Below are positions 39,901 to 52,599 of a stretch of DNA of 64,000 nt, piece after piece. Source of the stretch: Chrysomallon squamiferum (lineage: Eukaryota; Animalia; Mollusca); contig CM022672.1 of the NCBI GenBank assembly GCA_012295275.1, forward strand, positions 15,500,001 through 15,564,000, given 5' to 3'. The notes beneath the pieces are model-generated. The model had not been told where the DNA came from. It saw only the letters and a program-made list of their open reading frames with translations, and made no database searches. Made by a program: the position numbers and the translations under genes. Numbering within the stretch: the first letter of the stretch is position 1; every line of letters starts with the position of its first letter.

Positions 39901-40150
39901 GTCTCAGTCTCGGTGGGATTGCAAACTTTGGATGAGTGGGTGACAGAACATCTCCACTGTTGTCACTGTTGCTGAACTGTACATGCATTTCAAAAATACT
40001 TTTGTGGCTTCCTTGAAGGATCATGGCTCTCTGATATTCTGGAGATCCTTCTGGTTGAGCCGTCAACAGGATATGTAAATTTAACATGACAAAGAGCACC
40101 ATTGTTATCACAAGAACAGAACGGAGGATTCGTCTAGGATAGAACCTCAT
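22616..40150 (-). CDS. MGAT2: Alpha-1,6-mannosyl-glycoprotein 2-beta-N-acetylglucosaminyltransferase (GnT-II, GT16), ~464 aa; exons 40150-39596, 38207-38110, 34414-34315, 30922-30792, 29517-29442, 28253-28164, 23516-23392, 22835-22616
   Basis: Type II membrane N-terminus (MRFYPRR + hydrophobic helix), then IVIQVHDR..YL..LLDSL, LLVISHD, IDFCPVMQIFFPFS, FPGES.NDCPRD, GHYREAKYCQAKHHWIWK, LLLEDDY, HNMG, DDYNWDWT, RVFHIGECGMH, NGGWGDKRDHDLC. Exon lengths sum to 1395 nt in frame with GT-AG introns. Confidence 0.96.
23392..23516 (-). CDS. MGAT2: MGAT2 coding exon 7 (QFCLHDDYNWDWTIQHLSMKCIPNKIRLLKMKASRVFHIGE)
   Basis: tttttcAG acceptor, TG|GTAAGA donor; DDYNWDW motif with catalytic Asp. Confidence 0.95.
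24958..25060. repeat. Compound (AAG)n/(AAT)n microsatellite
   Basis: Direct reading. Confidence 0.95.
26900..27530. mobile_element. Probable transposon remnant with internal subterminal direct repeats
   Basis: CpG-containing segment in a CpG-poor intron; atctgactt(a/t)acccagatagttca repeated at ~27093 and ~27127, partial copies at ~27049 and ~27171. Confidence 0.4.
28164..28253 (-). CDS. MGAT2: MGAT2 coding exon 6 (VEKAFWISSKHNMGMVFNRKLWNAIKQCKK)
   Basis: ttgcAG acceptor, AAG|GTAAAT donor; W.S..HNMG motif. Confidence 0.94.
29442..29517 (-). CDS. MGAT2: MGAT2 coding exon 5 (DCKDCRMFVIGNYDKVQNYKVNAGK)
   Basis: tttcacAG acceptor, AAG|GTTTGA donor; CxxC...G.Y pattern as in ECPECDVLSLGTY; phases fit both neighbours. 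Confidence 0.88.
30792..30922 (-). CDS. MGAT2: MGAT2 coding exon 4 (LNHVFEGIGILKDFDGMVLLLEDDYFLTEDALTMLQMMHNLQL), metal-binding motif
   Basis: tgttacAG acceptor, AA|GTTAGT donor; aligns with human LHFVWERVKILRDYAGLILFLEEDHYL. Confidence 0.92.
30904..31650 (-). repeat. 59-bp tandem repeat (8 clear copies plus degenerate ones) spanning the acceptor of MGAT2 exon 4
   Basis: + strand unit ttcttcaaacacatgatttagctgtaacataagaaaacagagccattttcaaacactaa; exon-start equivalents at 30922, 30981, 31040, 31099, 31158, 31217, 31276, 31333. Confidence 0.95.
34315..34414 (-). CDS. MGAT2: MGAT2 coding exon 3 (ALNKKCNNAEHPDKYGHYREAKYCQAKHHWIWK)
   Basis: ttttcAG acceptor, AAA|GTAAGT donor. Confidence 0.95.
38110..38207 (-). 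CDS. MGAT2: MGAT2 coding exon 2 (VMQIFFPFSQQMFPNEFPGESANDCPRDIKKD)
   Basis: tttttcAG acceptor and CA|GTAAGA donor on - strand. Confidence 0.94.
38975..39214. repeat. 43-bp minisatellite (~5.5 copies) in the MGAT2 intron after the first coding exon
   Basis: aagctaaaacaaacactggtgttataatattggatgaatgatg recurs at 38975, 39018, 39061, 39104, 39147, 39190. Confidence 0.93.
39596..40150 (-). CDS. MGAT2: MGAT2 first coding exon (TM anchor, stem, start of catalytic domain to IDFCP)
   Basis: ORF 39425..40177; donor CCG|GTAAGT after FCP; an in-frame upstream ATG at 40177 could add 9 aa. Confidence 0.93.
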
Positions 40151-40452
40151 TTTTGTGATGCCTAGATTAAACAGCATTCATACAATCATTCAAATGAAAC
40201 AAAAAAAGACATGCATCCACACACAGAAATGTTGTAACTGACATCAGATAAATTTCTTTTTCATAAATTCATTACTCATATCACAGATAATGCTAGTCTC
40301 CATTTTGGCAGGTGGGCATTTGACAGAGTTAGTTTTGGCACTTTATCCCATGTTGTCAGCTGTTGTTGTCTCCATTATTGCAGCTCTCTCATGTTGCAGA
40401 AAACAGACAGCGATGGTGCAGAGGACAGCCACAAAGTACTTGCCAACTGATC
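40151..40452 (-). other. Probable MGAT2 5'-UTR part of the first coding exon, with several uORFs
   Basis: Strong acceptor ttttttttaatgtttcAG|GA at 40453-40454 on - strand; GC content similar to the exon. Confidence 0.55.
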
Positions 40453-43400
40453 CTGAAACATTAAAAAAAATTAACATCAGTTTTTCTTTTGTTCAGCTTA
40501 AGGTATTTGCTGGCTTTATGATAATGCTGAAACTGGAATATTATCTGTTACCAAAATAACAAAGTTAGCTAAGATCTCTAAAGAGTGTGGTGTAAGCCTG
40601 ATACTATGATTATAACTGATGAAGTGCCATTTCCATTCAAATTTAAGACTTGAGTGAAATTGAGTTGTAACATTACAAGCACTGTCTCAGTAACATACTT
40701 AGTATTCAGATTATTATTACTAACACAAATGAGGCAAAGAGACAAGGAACACAATTTTTAAATTAAGTCTAATTTTATTTATGACTGCTGGATTTAGTTT
40801 GTGTGTGCTAACCAGTTCTGGAAAAGACTCTAATTATAAATGATCAGGGTATAAAAATGGAAAGTACTACCTTCAGTCTAAAAATCAATACAAGGATTTT
40901 AAAACTGTGCTCAGACAACATATAATGATATCAAAACTGTCACGTTCAATTTAGCTATTGTAAAACACAATAATCAGTGATTCTTGTTAGATTTTTTCCT
41001 TCGCTATTAAATTAACCCAAATCTAATAAACTAAATTATTTTGCATGTCTTACAGTCTGATGACTTTGGAAACACTTTAATTTGCTGAGGTTGTCAGTCT
41101 ACTGCAAAATAACCAAACAACATCTTAATAAACCATTAACAAAAGAGATTATTATTTTTTATTATTATTCTTGCTTTTTGTTTTGGTGTGTTTTGTTTCC
41201 TTATTTTTTTTTTTTTTTTTTTTTGGGTTTTTTCATGCTTTTTTTTTAAATTATTTTTTGTTTAGCTCCACTTCTTATTTCCAAACCTAATATTATCTAT
41301 AAAAAATATGTCAAAATCAATGAATTAAAAAAAAAAAAGGTAGATTGCTGAATTTGCTCTTAATTCCTTCTATCTATAGACTACATGATTGCTGACTAAT
41401 TACTGTTGTTGTCTCAAGGTTGTGGAAGTTAAAAACAGTCTAATCAATTCACTAATGATAGGCCGGGATATATTTTCTGCAAGATAATGATATTTAGGAA
41501 TCATTATTTTATTTTTCATTCAAAAAAAAAAAAAAAAAAAAAAAATTAATATCAGGAATCATAAATTGAAAAGAAGCTAGAGATCAATTTAAAAACTCAA
41601 TAATACTGAGATCATAATTTATATTATCATTATTATTATTATTACGACTACTAATATTATTTATTTATTTAATTATTCATCTCACTGTCATTATCATTAT
41701 TATTATTTATTAAAACACACACACACACACACACATACCGAGATACATATGCACATATACCTCTTTTCATTTTAGCCACCCACTTTTGTAATCACAGTAT
41801 ATGTAAAGTTAGCATTTAAAGGTCATGCAGTGAGATTATCAGTTTGAAATATCAATAGTCTTCATTTCACAAAAGAAGCTGCTAATTACTAGCCAGTCAC
41901 ACCTGTTACAAAAACAAAACTACTCTGATGTCTGCGTTCATACAAGTTTACCTATTTCTAAAGTTACATTACAGAATACCTTGTCCACATCAGTTCTGCA
42001 TCAAATGATGTCATACAAGTATTGACAGACAGTGAAAGCTGAATTTAATAGAATTTTCTAACTGATGTATGAAACAGCTTAAAGTTCAAAGGTACAGATT
42101 TAGATGAAACATGAGCTTGATGTTTACAAGGGTGGATCATCTTGTTATTTCTCCATAGCTGAAATTTTAATATATCATATAACAGATAATGTATTGGGAA
42201 ATTTTTGTTTATAAAAGAGGGGCAACATTAAGAATGTCAGTGAAATATCTTTTATTATTATTTTTTTTTTTACTCTAATTTTACTAATCGAAAATGCATC
42301 TAGCTACTTTACTTTAAAAATTATGAGGTTTATTTGTAATTATCTTTATTGATGTACATATTTGCGTGCACTATTCAAAAACATTTAAGGATCAGGAATA
42401 AAAATTAAAAAAAAAAAGAGTTATAGCACAATCATTAAATTTTAAATAAATTAAGGACATTAATTTTATACTGTTTAAATATATAACAACTGCATACATC
42501 TTTGGTTATCAGTCAATTAAAAACTTGTTACTAATCTATAAAAATAACTTGTGGTTTGCCCTCTTGTAACTCTTTTAAAGATATATACAATAACAATTCA
42601 GATTAAATACATTCAGAGCTATTTAAAAATTAATTCATTTAGTCCTGCCTTCTTTTCAGTGTTGCTAATTTTTAAAAATATTTCAGAAGAAAAATTATTT
42701 GTTAATATTATTAAAAATAAATAAATTCAACACCAGACAATGCAGAAGACATATGTCAAAGTAAAATTTTCTCACCAGCAAACTTTCACTTGGTGTACTG
42801 GAAATCATGAACTCACTTCGAGTTCTATAAATACACATTAAATTGGCTAAGTTGGTTGTGTCATGTTTCATATCAGCTGACCTGTCCTAAGTGTGATACT
42901 GTTTTCAACTGGTCAGCAAGTCAAGTTTTACCATTGCAAAACTAGTACCATTGTAATCTGTGGGTATAAATGGACTGTAATCTATTAGCTGTAAGAATTA
43001 ATATGAAATTATGTATAACACTACCAATGTTAATCATTCTGTAATGAAAGTATTACATGTGAGGTTTAGCTTAAATAACTTACATTCTGTAGGTAATAAA
43101 AATTCAACTGTATTTTAGATCTGACTGTCTAACATACACAAATATGTATACACATAAATACATGTATGTGATATATATGTATGTGATACACTCATAGACA
43201 GACACACACACACAAAACCTTATATATATTTACCCACTTTGTATTTGTGAAATATTTAAAATAAATTAGCATTACTGCCAACACAGTGACCAACTTAGTT
43301 TTACAGACTCTCTAGTGCATCAGATTATATTTTCAGCACTAAAGTGGCTGGGCAATATCTATACATACCAAAATGTTTATTTTTTCTGCAAAACTGTGAT

Positions 43401-44931
43401 ATGCACCACGGAAGTAATGAGATTGTTTTGTAATATGAAGAAACAGTCTAAATACATTCTTGATATTCACAGGTTATCATATTATTTGTTTAGTTAACCA
43501 GTCTATAAATCAGAAGCAATAAAAATGTCACACTTGTCTATCAATCAACTGTTTATATATACACAAACACATTATGTAATTTATCTTTTAAATGTCTCTC
43601 AAAAACATATCTGATAAAGATGTTTAAAAATTGAAAACATAAATTTAATCCTTAAAAACAGTTTAGAAATCATTTTCATGGGTTTTTTTTAACAATTCAG
43701 TTTAAAAATTAGTTTTTTAATTAACATTTTCTTTTTTAAATTCTCTTTAGAAATTTGTTTTCTAATTAACATTTTTTTAAAATTCAGTATGAATTAATGT
43801 GGTGTAAGACAATCATTTAGAATATGTTTGTATTATAATTTAAATAGATAAATATTAAACCTCATTAGCTGAAATGTATATTTGTTTAACAAATGAAAAC
43901 TGCTATTTTGGTGTTTTTTTAATATAGAGTCAATTATAAAAATTATTTAAATTTTTCAAAAAGTATCTCTTTTCACATATAACCTAAATGGAAATTAAAA
44001 CTTACAATGACAGTTATTTGAATATTAACTTTTATGATATAAATCACATCAGATAGATGTGCACATGTGCATGTGCATTCTCAAACATACACACACACAG
44101 TCACACACACACAGAGAAAAATAAAAAATACATATCATATACATAAAAAATATTAATAATGAGATAAATCTGTCCTGAAATCAATCATTTTAATAGAAAT
44201 AATATTTTACTCCTGTAGATAATACACATAAACACAAAGACACAAAGACACATATATACACATACACCCAACAATACACATACAACAACATCCTCCCATC
44301 CACAGACATTTTAAATTGAAAATATTTAAATTAACAGTTTCTAATAATATTAAACATATCCATAACACAAACAGAGAGGCACACCCATGCACACATTCAT
44401 ACAATCCCAGATATACATCGGTGTAAACAGTACACTAATAGATAACACATATAATATATGAAATGTTTAAATTAACAATGCAATCTTATTCAAAACCATT
44501 ATATTCAGCAATAACAAAATATTACAGAACACATTCAGTTACCTACCTAAATGATGGAAACTGATGACTACAGCAAATATCAGCTAAAAATAATAATGGT
44601 AGTAGTACATGTGACAAATGGCAAAAATATCAATAAGAACTGGAAGAAAAACACAAGAGAATCAGCAAGCCAGTGCAAACATCAACAGTACAGAGAGCTT
44701 TAAGACTGATAACAGCATTCACCTTGTAGTGACACAAGTGCATGGACAGGGATTTAAGACACTCTACACCAGTACAGCATTAATAGGCTTTACACTTTGA
44801 GGAAATCTTTTTCTGTCACTGTGCTTTCCTAGAACACAATACTCTGCTAATTAGTCATGTACTGCAGCTTATGACTTCTCTCTTTGTCTGTAGAGCATGG
44901 GACACAAATAGTGATATAATGCAGCTCATAA

Positions 44932-44967
<36 letters not shown>

Positions 44968-45015
44968 AATAGATATATAAAATGTAATTAATACAGATAA
45001 TTGGAAAATATTGTT

Positions 45016-45018
<3 letters not shown>

Positions 45019-45074
<56 letters not shown>
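45019..45074. repeat. (TC)n microsatellite
   Basis: Direct reading; a second (TC)n run lies at ~44935-44964. Confidence 0.95.
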
Positions 45075-45077
<3 letters not shown>

Positions 45078-45373
45078 TTTAGGCAAATAATCAAGTAAAG
45101 CCACTAATGATTTCCCTCTCTCACTTTCTGTTGCAGGCAAAAGTTGAAGCAGATTTAATTTTCTATTGTTAACCTGTTGTAATAGCATTCTACACCTTTT
45201 AATTATGACGTAAAGAATTGAATGTTTATATACAATAGGAAATTGTTAAACAAATACAATGCTATTGTTCTGGTTCACTCAGCTAATGATTTATATACAA
45301 ACAACAACTGTGGATCAACTAATTGTGTATAATTCAATTATTATCTTATTGTTCAATTAGATTTCCTTTCATG

Positions 45374-45879
45374 GAGTGTAGGAAAAACTGGCACTGGAAA
45401 AAAAAAGCACCTGGAACAAATGGCTTATTTATTTTTCTGCATAGCTGCTTGAAAAATACCTTAAAGTAGTTTTTAAAATACAATTTATTCATGCAGTATT
45501 GTTACATACATATATATTTATATATAGCATTACTCACAGTCACTTGGTTTTGCTGAACAAAGTACAGTATTATATCAGAGTTTAATATTACAGTTATCAC
45601 ATTTAAAAATACAGTATACATAGCATCATTGAACCACTTGGTTTTGGTTACCATTAGGTTTCCAGCAGATGTTGTGACCAGCAATTATGAATTGTTTTTG
45701 GATTTCATTATGTTATCATGATCAAGGGAATTATGTGTGAGTATGTGTGCATGGTGTATGTACATACATAGATGCAGAAGTATGTTCATTCATATAGATA
45801 TACCTAATGTTAATATGCATACCATAGTTAAAATATCCTACCTAATGTTATCATTATGTCAATTCAAACATAGCATAAG

Positions 45880-45924
<45 letters not shown>

Positions 45925-46235
45925 GGGGTTGGTTTTGGTTTACATTTGTTTTGACTGACCATTTAATTATGAACTGTCAACAATTGTTAAATAAGATATT
46001 AGCTGCAGATTATATCATTTCTGACATTAAATCATTATCTCAAATATTATTCATGCACTGGCGGTTTTTTTATGTTTTTTTTATGTGCAATTATTAATTG
46101 TTTTTGTAAGCAGGATTTCACCTAAATGTCCTAAATGTCAATAAGTAATAACATTTCTTTTTCCAGGCATCATTTTTTCCAGATGTCTTTTATTCCCAGA
46201 GTCACTTTTTCTAGTGCCATTTTTCCTTACCCCTC
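45374..46235. mobile_element. Decayed MITE-like element with imperfect inverted ends
   Basis: gagtgtaggaaaaactggcactggaaaaa at 45374 is roughly complementary to tttttctagtgccatttttccttacccctc ending 46235; no TSD recognised. Confidence 0.45.
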
Positions 46236-49200
46236 TTTCAGATATGCTTAATTTTTTGTGATGTCCAACAAAAAGTTAGTCATTTAGCTGAAAGATTATG
46301 ACTTTATTTGTGGATAAACAAGACCAAAGTTTGTCTTGATTACAGCTCCAGTGTGGTTCTTTAATCAGGTTATTCACTGTCAGTTATGTTCACACTTACA
46401 TTCAAAGTGAATTACACTGTACAATACTCACCAAGAGAAAACCCAGACGTCTGGAGATAAATGATGAGCTAACTTGAGAAAAACATTAAGTGTATTTAAC
46501 CATCAACCTTTTCAGAGTAATCATACAACTGACACAATTCAGTTTTGAAATAAAGCATATATTACTTAGAAAAAGTAAATGACAGGCTCATTATTGCATT
46601 GTGGTTCAGGTATGTTTGCCATGAACTGTCGTTATTTTTCACATCTGCATCTTGAAGAAAATTAGATGTAATTAATGTAAATTTGGAAGTTCATTTATAT
46701 ATTTAGATTTTACAGGTTATTTCTCTGTTTTATTAATAGATGCATAACTCTGAAACAGTTTCATGTATCATTAATGTCTGACATCCTACCAGATCACTGG
46801 GACTATTGTCAGCATAATTAAACACATGTATTCTTTGAAACTGTCTGATTATTTCACTTGTGACCTCCACTGGGCCTCTTATTTATTATACATTTCATTC
46901 CAGCCAGTTTTATTCTCATGACAATGTACATGTTTTGGTATCTATAGGAAGGTGCATTTAAATGATACGTTAGTGTTAAATTGGTAAGTGTGTATTAAAT
47001 AAAACATTTTGTCCAAACAAACAAATTTTTAATTTTCTTTTATTAAGTAGGAGTAACCCAGTAGGTTTCCTGTTATTACCAATATGATCTTTAATCATTA
47101 TAAAGTCACATAGCCAAAGATCAAAAAAGTATATCATTAAATAAAATATTTCTTCCAAATTAACAACATCTAGTTATTTTCTTCTGAGCAGTTTTCTTTT
47201 CATATAAACCACTCACTTCTAAGCATCTACCTTTAATTACCTTCTTCTAATCAGTAGGAGTAACCCTATGATCAGCAATGACAGTTTTCCTCTCTCTCTC
47301 TTTACCTGTATTCTGTAAGAAATTATTAAACTAGAGATTAAGAATGTATTGACTATATTTTTGAATAAAACAACTCACTTCTGAACAACAACCACTTTTT
47401 ATCTTCTTCTAATCAGTAGGAGTAACTCAGTACATGACTTCAGTGGGTTTCCTCTCTCATTAAATTCATAGTCATTAATCTCTAAGAAACTATCTAAGCA
47501 GAGTAAAAAATGTATACTGAGTGTTAGTTAAATAAAACATTACTTCCTTCCTTCCTAATAAGTGCTAAATTTAAAACTATTTTGAATATTTATTTATTTA
47601 TTTCAGAACAATCATCCATCAAATCTTGCTGCTTTATAAAACTGACTTTGTTTAAATTATCTTGATTTGAAACTTTAAAATAAACAATGGGACAAACAGA
47701 AAATAATAGACTAACATAAAAAAAATAATAATAACAAATACATCTAATAAAAAATTAAAATTTAATGTTGTAGTTTATAATCTATTTAGAATTTCAAGAC
47801 ATTTTTTTTCTTATGTTATAAACAAAAATCAGACATATGCAACTTTTTTCTTATTGTACATCAAATATTTTCTTTTTCATATTTTATTAATATTTTTGTT
47901 TTTAATGCAATAAAACATTTTTAAAATTCAGAAAGAAAAAACCACAAGAGTTAAATTAGGATAATGCTCACAGGAAATGACATATTTTTTTAAACTGTTA
48001 CCATATTTGCTTTTTGCACTTTTCGTTTTTAAAATTGAGATGAAAATTAAAAATACTGCTGTTATTTCAGTGGTATGAAGGATACCCTAAAAAAATCTTA
48101 TTATCAAAAATGACTGGCAAAACAGCAAACAGAATAAATATTTTTCCAAAGCTTTCATCACCCAACCTTGTGTTTTATTAAAATGAACCAAAAATATACC
48201 TAGTTTGCTAAACAAAATACTTACTTCTGAAATAACTACATTTTGCTACAAGAAAATGTTAGTCTTAATTTCTCACAGATCCAATGACCCACAATGATTG
48301 TTGCCCTCAAAATATAGTGCAGCATGGTTATTTTTAAACTATGTTGTAATTCAATTATATTTTCATCAAGCATGCCTGACATGGACATTTTTTAATACAA
48401 TATATTAGCTGAAACAAACTGTTGTTAATATTCTAGAAGTATAACGTTATGGAAAGATAGAAAAATTGATATTTGACTGTAAATTGGAAGGTTTTTAATG
48501 TTACAAGATACTTGGTGTTCTTTTTCTGTTAACAAAATCTAATAAATATTAAATATATTATATCTATATAAATGTTCTTTCAAAGGAAAACAAAACCTTT
48601 TTGATAATCTGTTTTAAGTATTATTGTCATAACACCTTTCTCTAGACCTCTATCATATATATATATATATTTAGCAGAGATGGGGAGAGAGAAAAAGGGA
48701 CAGAGAGAGGGAGAGAGAAAGGGAGAAAGATTAAACAATATTTTCCAATTATCTGTATTAATTACATTTTATATATCTATTATAATCATGTATTTAACAA
48801 CAACAACAACAAAAATAATAATACAAATAATAAAATCTATACTTTCTTCATTTTAAATATTTTACCTGAAATGTTGACATAATTTTGGGTGCTGAACAAC
48901 AGAACTTGCTAGTGAGCTGTTTTTAAACAACATACTTCAGTGATAACAACTAATCCCTAAGAGTAAACCTTAGACATGTGCATTATGAAACACTAAACCT
49001 CTGTGCAGATCTCAAAATGATAGTCAAACACATAGGTAAGTTAATTCAAACCTGTAAAAAAAATGAAACAAAGACTGTGAAAGAAGATACCATGAACTAA
49101 CAATAGGTCTTATATGATTATTTTACAATTTATGTTGAAATCCCAGGCAATGGAAAACAGGTGATTATACTGCTGTTGTCAGTGGTGAGAAAATGCAGAC

Positions 49201-51046
49201 TTCCTTGTGTTCTTGTAAGTAAATCAACTGCATCAACATCACCTATTATATTAACTGTTGACTATTCTCCAGTCACTTCTAGTACATTTTTTCCAGTGCC
49301 ATTTTTTCCTTACCCCTCTTTCAGATATGCTTAATTTTTAGATCATGTCCAACAAAAAGTTAGCCATTTAGATGAAAAGAAAAGTTACAACTTTATTTGT
49401 GGATAAACAAGACCAAAGTTTGTCTTGATTACAGCTCCAGTGAGGCTGTTTAATCAGGTTATTCACTGTCAGTTATGTTCACACTTACATTCAAAGTGAA
49501 TTACATTGTACAATACTCACCAAGAGAAAGCCCAGACGTCTGGAGATAAATGATGAGCTAACTTGAGAAAAACATTAAGTGTATTTAACCATCAACCTTT
49601 TTAGAGTAATCATACAACTGAGACAATTGAGTTTTGAAATAAAGCATATATTACTTAGAAAAAGTAAATGACAGGCTCATTATTGCATTGTGGTTCAGGT
49701 ATGTTTGCCATGAACTGTCGTTATTTTTCACATCTACATCTTGAAGAAAATTGGGACTATAGACAATTCAGTTTTGAAATAAAGCATATATTACTTAGAA
49801 AAAGTAAATGACAGGCTCATTATTGCATTGTGGTTCAGGTATGTTGGCCATGAACTGTCATTATTTTTCACATCTACATCTGGAAGAAAATTAAATGTAA
49901 TTAATGTAAATTTGGAAGTTCATTTATGTATTTAGATTTTACAGGTTATTTCTTTGTTTTATTAACAGATGTGTAAATGTAAAGGTTCCTTGTCTAATCC
50001 TAATTTCTAGACATTTTTTTAGTCAACAGCTAAAACTCTGAAACAGTTTCATGTATCATTAATGTCTGACATCCTACCAGATCACTGGGACTATTGTCAG
50101 CATAATTAAACACATGTATTCTTTGAAGCTGTCTGATTATTTCACTTGTGACCTCCACTGGGCCTCTTATTTATTATACATTTCATTCCAGCCAGTTTTA
50201 TTCTCATGACAATGTACATGTTTTGATATCTATAGGAAGGTGCATTTTAAATGATACCTTAGTGTTAAATTGTATTAAATAAAACATATTGTCCAAACAA
50301 ACAAATTTTTAATTTTTTTTTACTAAGTAGGAGTAACCCAGCAGGTTTCCTATTATTACCAATATGATCTTTAATCGATATAAAGTCACATAGCCAAATA
50401 TAAAAAATGTTATAAGTATATCATTAAATAAAATATTTCTTCCAAATTAACAACAGAACTTGCTAGTGAGCTGTTTTTAAACAACATACTTCAGTGAGAA
50501 CAACTGATCCCTAAGAGTAAACCTTAGACATGTGCATTATGAAACACTAAACCTCTGTGCAGATCTCAAAATGATAGTCAAACACACAGGTAAGTTAAAT
50601 CAAACCTGTAAAAAAAATGAAACAAAAACAAAGACCGACAAAGAAGATACCATGAACTAACAATAGGTCATATATGATTATAACGCTGTTGTCATGATAC
50701 AGTGGTGAGAAAATGCAGACTTCCTTGTGTTCTTTTAAGTAAATCAACTGCATCAACATCACCTATTATATTAACTGTTAACTATTCTTTAGTCACTTCT
50801 AGTACATTTTTTCCTTACCACTCTTTCAGATATGCTTTAATTTTCAGTCATGTCCAAAAAAAAGTTAGCCATTTAGCTGAAAGATTATGACTTTATTTGT
50901 GGATAAACAAGACCAAAGTTTGTCTTGATTACAGCTCCAGTGTGGCTCTTTAATCAGGTTATTCACTGTCAGTTATGTTCACTTACAAAGCAAATTACAC
51001 TGTACAATACTCACCAAGAGAAAACCCAGACATCTGGAGATAAATG
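46205..51046. repeat. Nested local duplications: block A 46205-47168 ~ 49290-50455; block 48895-49552 ~ 50449-51046
   Basis: Long near-identical stretches, e.g. ctttatttgtggataaacaagaccaaagtttgtcttgattacagctccagtg occurs three times (~46302, ~49391, ~50891). Confidence 0.93.
47405..47557 (+). mobile_element. SINE-like 3' end fragment
   Basis: gggtttcctctctc ... tgagtgttagttaaataaaacattacttccttccttcct tail, similar to the tail at ~2400-2428. Confidence 0.45.
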
Positions 51047-52568
51047 TTTCAGTTTTATAATGAATTTGATAAATGAAAGAAGCCTTAATTAAAGCAGTAA
51101 TCATTAAAAAGATTTTATTCAATGAAAATTTTATAAATTACTGTTTTAAATTTAAAGCAAGAATGTGTTTCACAGCAATTTAGAATTCAAAGAACAGATT
51201 TGTAAAAAACAAAACAAAAAATAATATATTAATAACAAGAAGAAGAATGGTATTAGTAAATGTAAGTAAACTCAGTAAAATGTTTATAATGCAAAAATAT
51301 GTTACTATCCTTAATACATGTTACAATTTCAAAATTAAGTAACATTACCATTAATTCATCCTGATTCAGATGTTATTTTTATACTTATTACTTCTTTTAC
51401 TAAAAAGTTGAAGAAAAAACAAATTTCACTGAGTCACATACCATTACACAAAACGAAATGAAAATTGCCTAAAGATACATTCAATCATTAAATGAATGTG
51501 CACACTCACACACAGACATTATTACAAAATGTTGCTATATTCCTCTTCCTGGAATTATATCATGACATACGTGCATATGAGTGAAAGATGAAGTAGGGTA
51601 GAAATTCTTCTAGAGGATTTTTATAAATTTACATTACTATATAGTCTCGCTACTGGTTATGTAACCTGTCTATTAATGTATTAGCTAAACATAGCCAGTC
51701 CATTATCCACTTATACTTATCTTAGGCTGCCAAATAGCTATTTCCACTCTAGACAGGAGCTGTTAAGCTCTCTTTGTATCACACATAAGCTGTATTTAAA
51801 GTTGAGGAAAACCTGATATGTTCAGATTATAACATAATACCAAGACATTTAGTTCAGATGTACAATCTGCCACATTTTCAAATCTGAATTCTGCATATTT
51901 TCACACTCAAATATTCTCTTCCAGTATTTTATTTATTTTATATTTTTTATATTTTGTTCCATAATTTGTGAACTGCTATGCGCATTCCAGATATAAAATG
52001 TATAATTTCACTATAAATACTAATGACAGTATTAAATTCTAATATCATCTTTAACCATTTGATATCATGTTAAATATATCAAAGTTTAATAAAAAATTTG
52101 AAAACAAAATGTTCATAGGCTTATGTAAGATATTTACTTTTATTATTATTATTATTATTATTATTACTGTAGTTGGTGTTGTTATTGCTATAGTTATGAC
52201 TGTTGTTGTTGTTAATATTATTAATTGGCAGCATATTTTGTGTTTATCTTGCCAGGTACTTTTTCTCAGCAACAACAAACTTAAATATTTATTAACTCAA
52301 CTAAATATAAAACAGAAAATAAATTAATATATTGTATTAGAAAAACCAATATAAAATAGTCTGTCATTTTTAATTAATATTATTTACTGAATTTGCGTGC
52401 CATTTTTCAGTTATACACTAATAGCATTTTACTGAACAAATTTAAATTAAGTAAAAAAAATCAGTTACATGTTACCAAATATAATTAGTCAAACAAGTAT
52501 CTGAGAAAACATGCCAAATGTTTTCTACATACAATTTTCCAATACGACTGTAGTCAGATACACTATAC

Positions 52569-52599
<31 letters not shown>

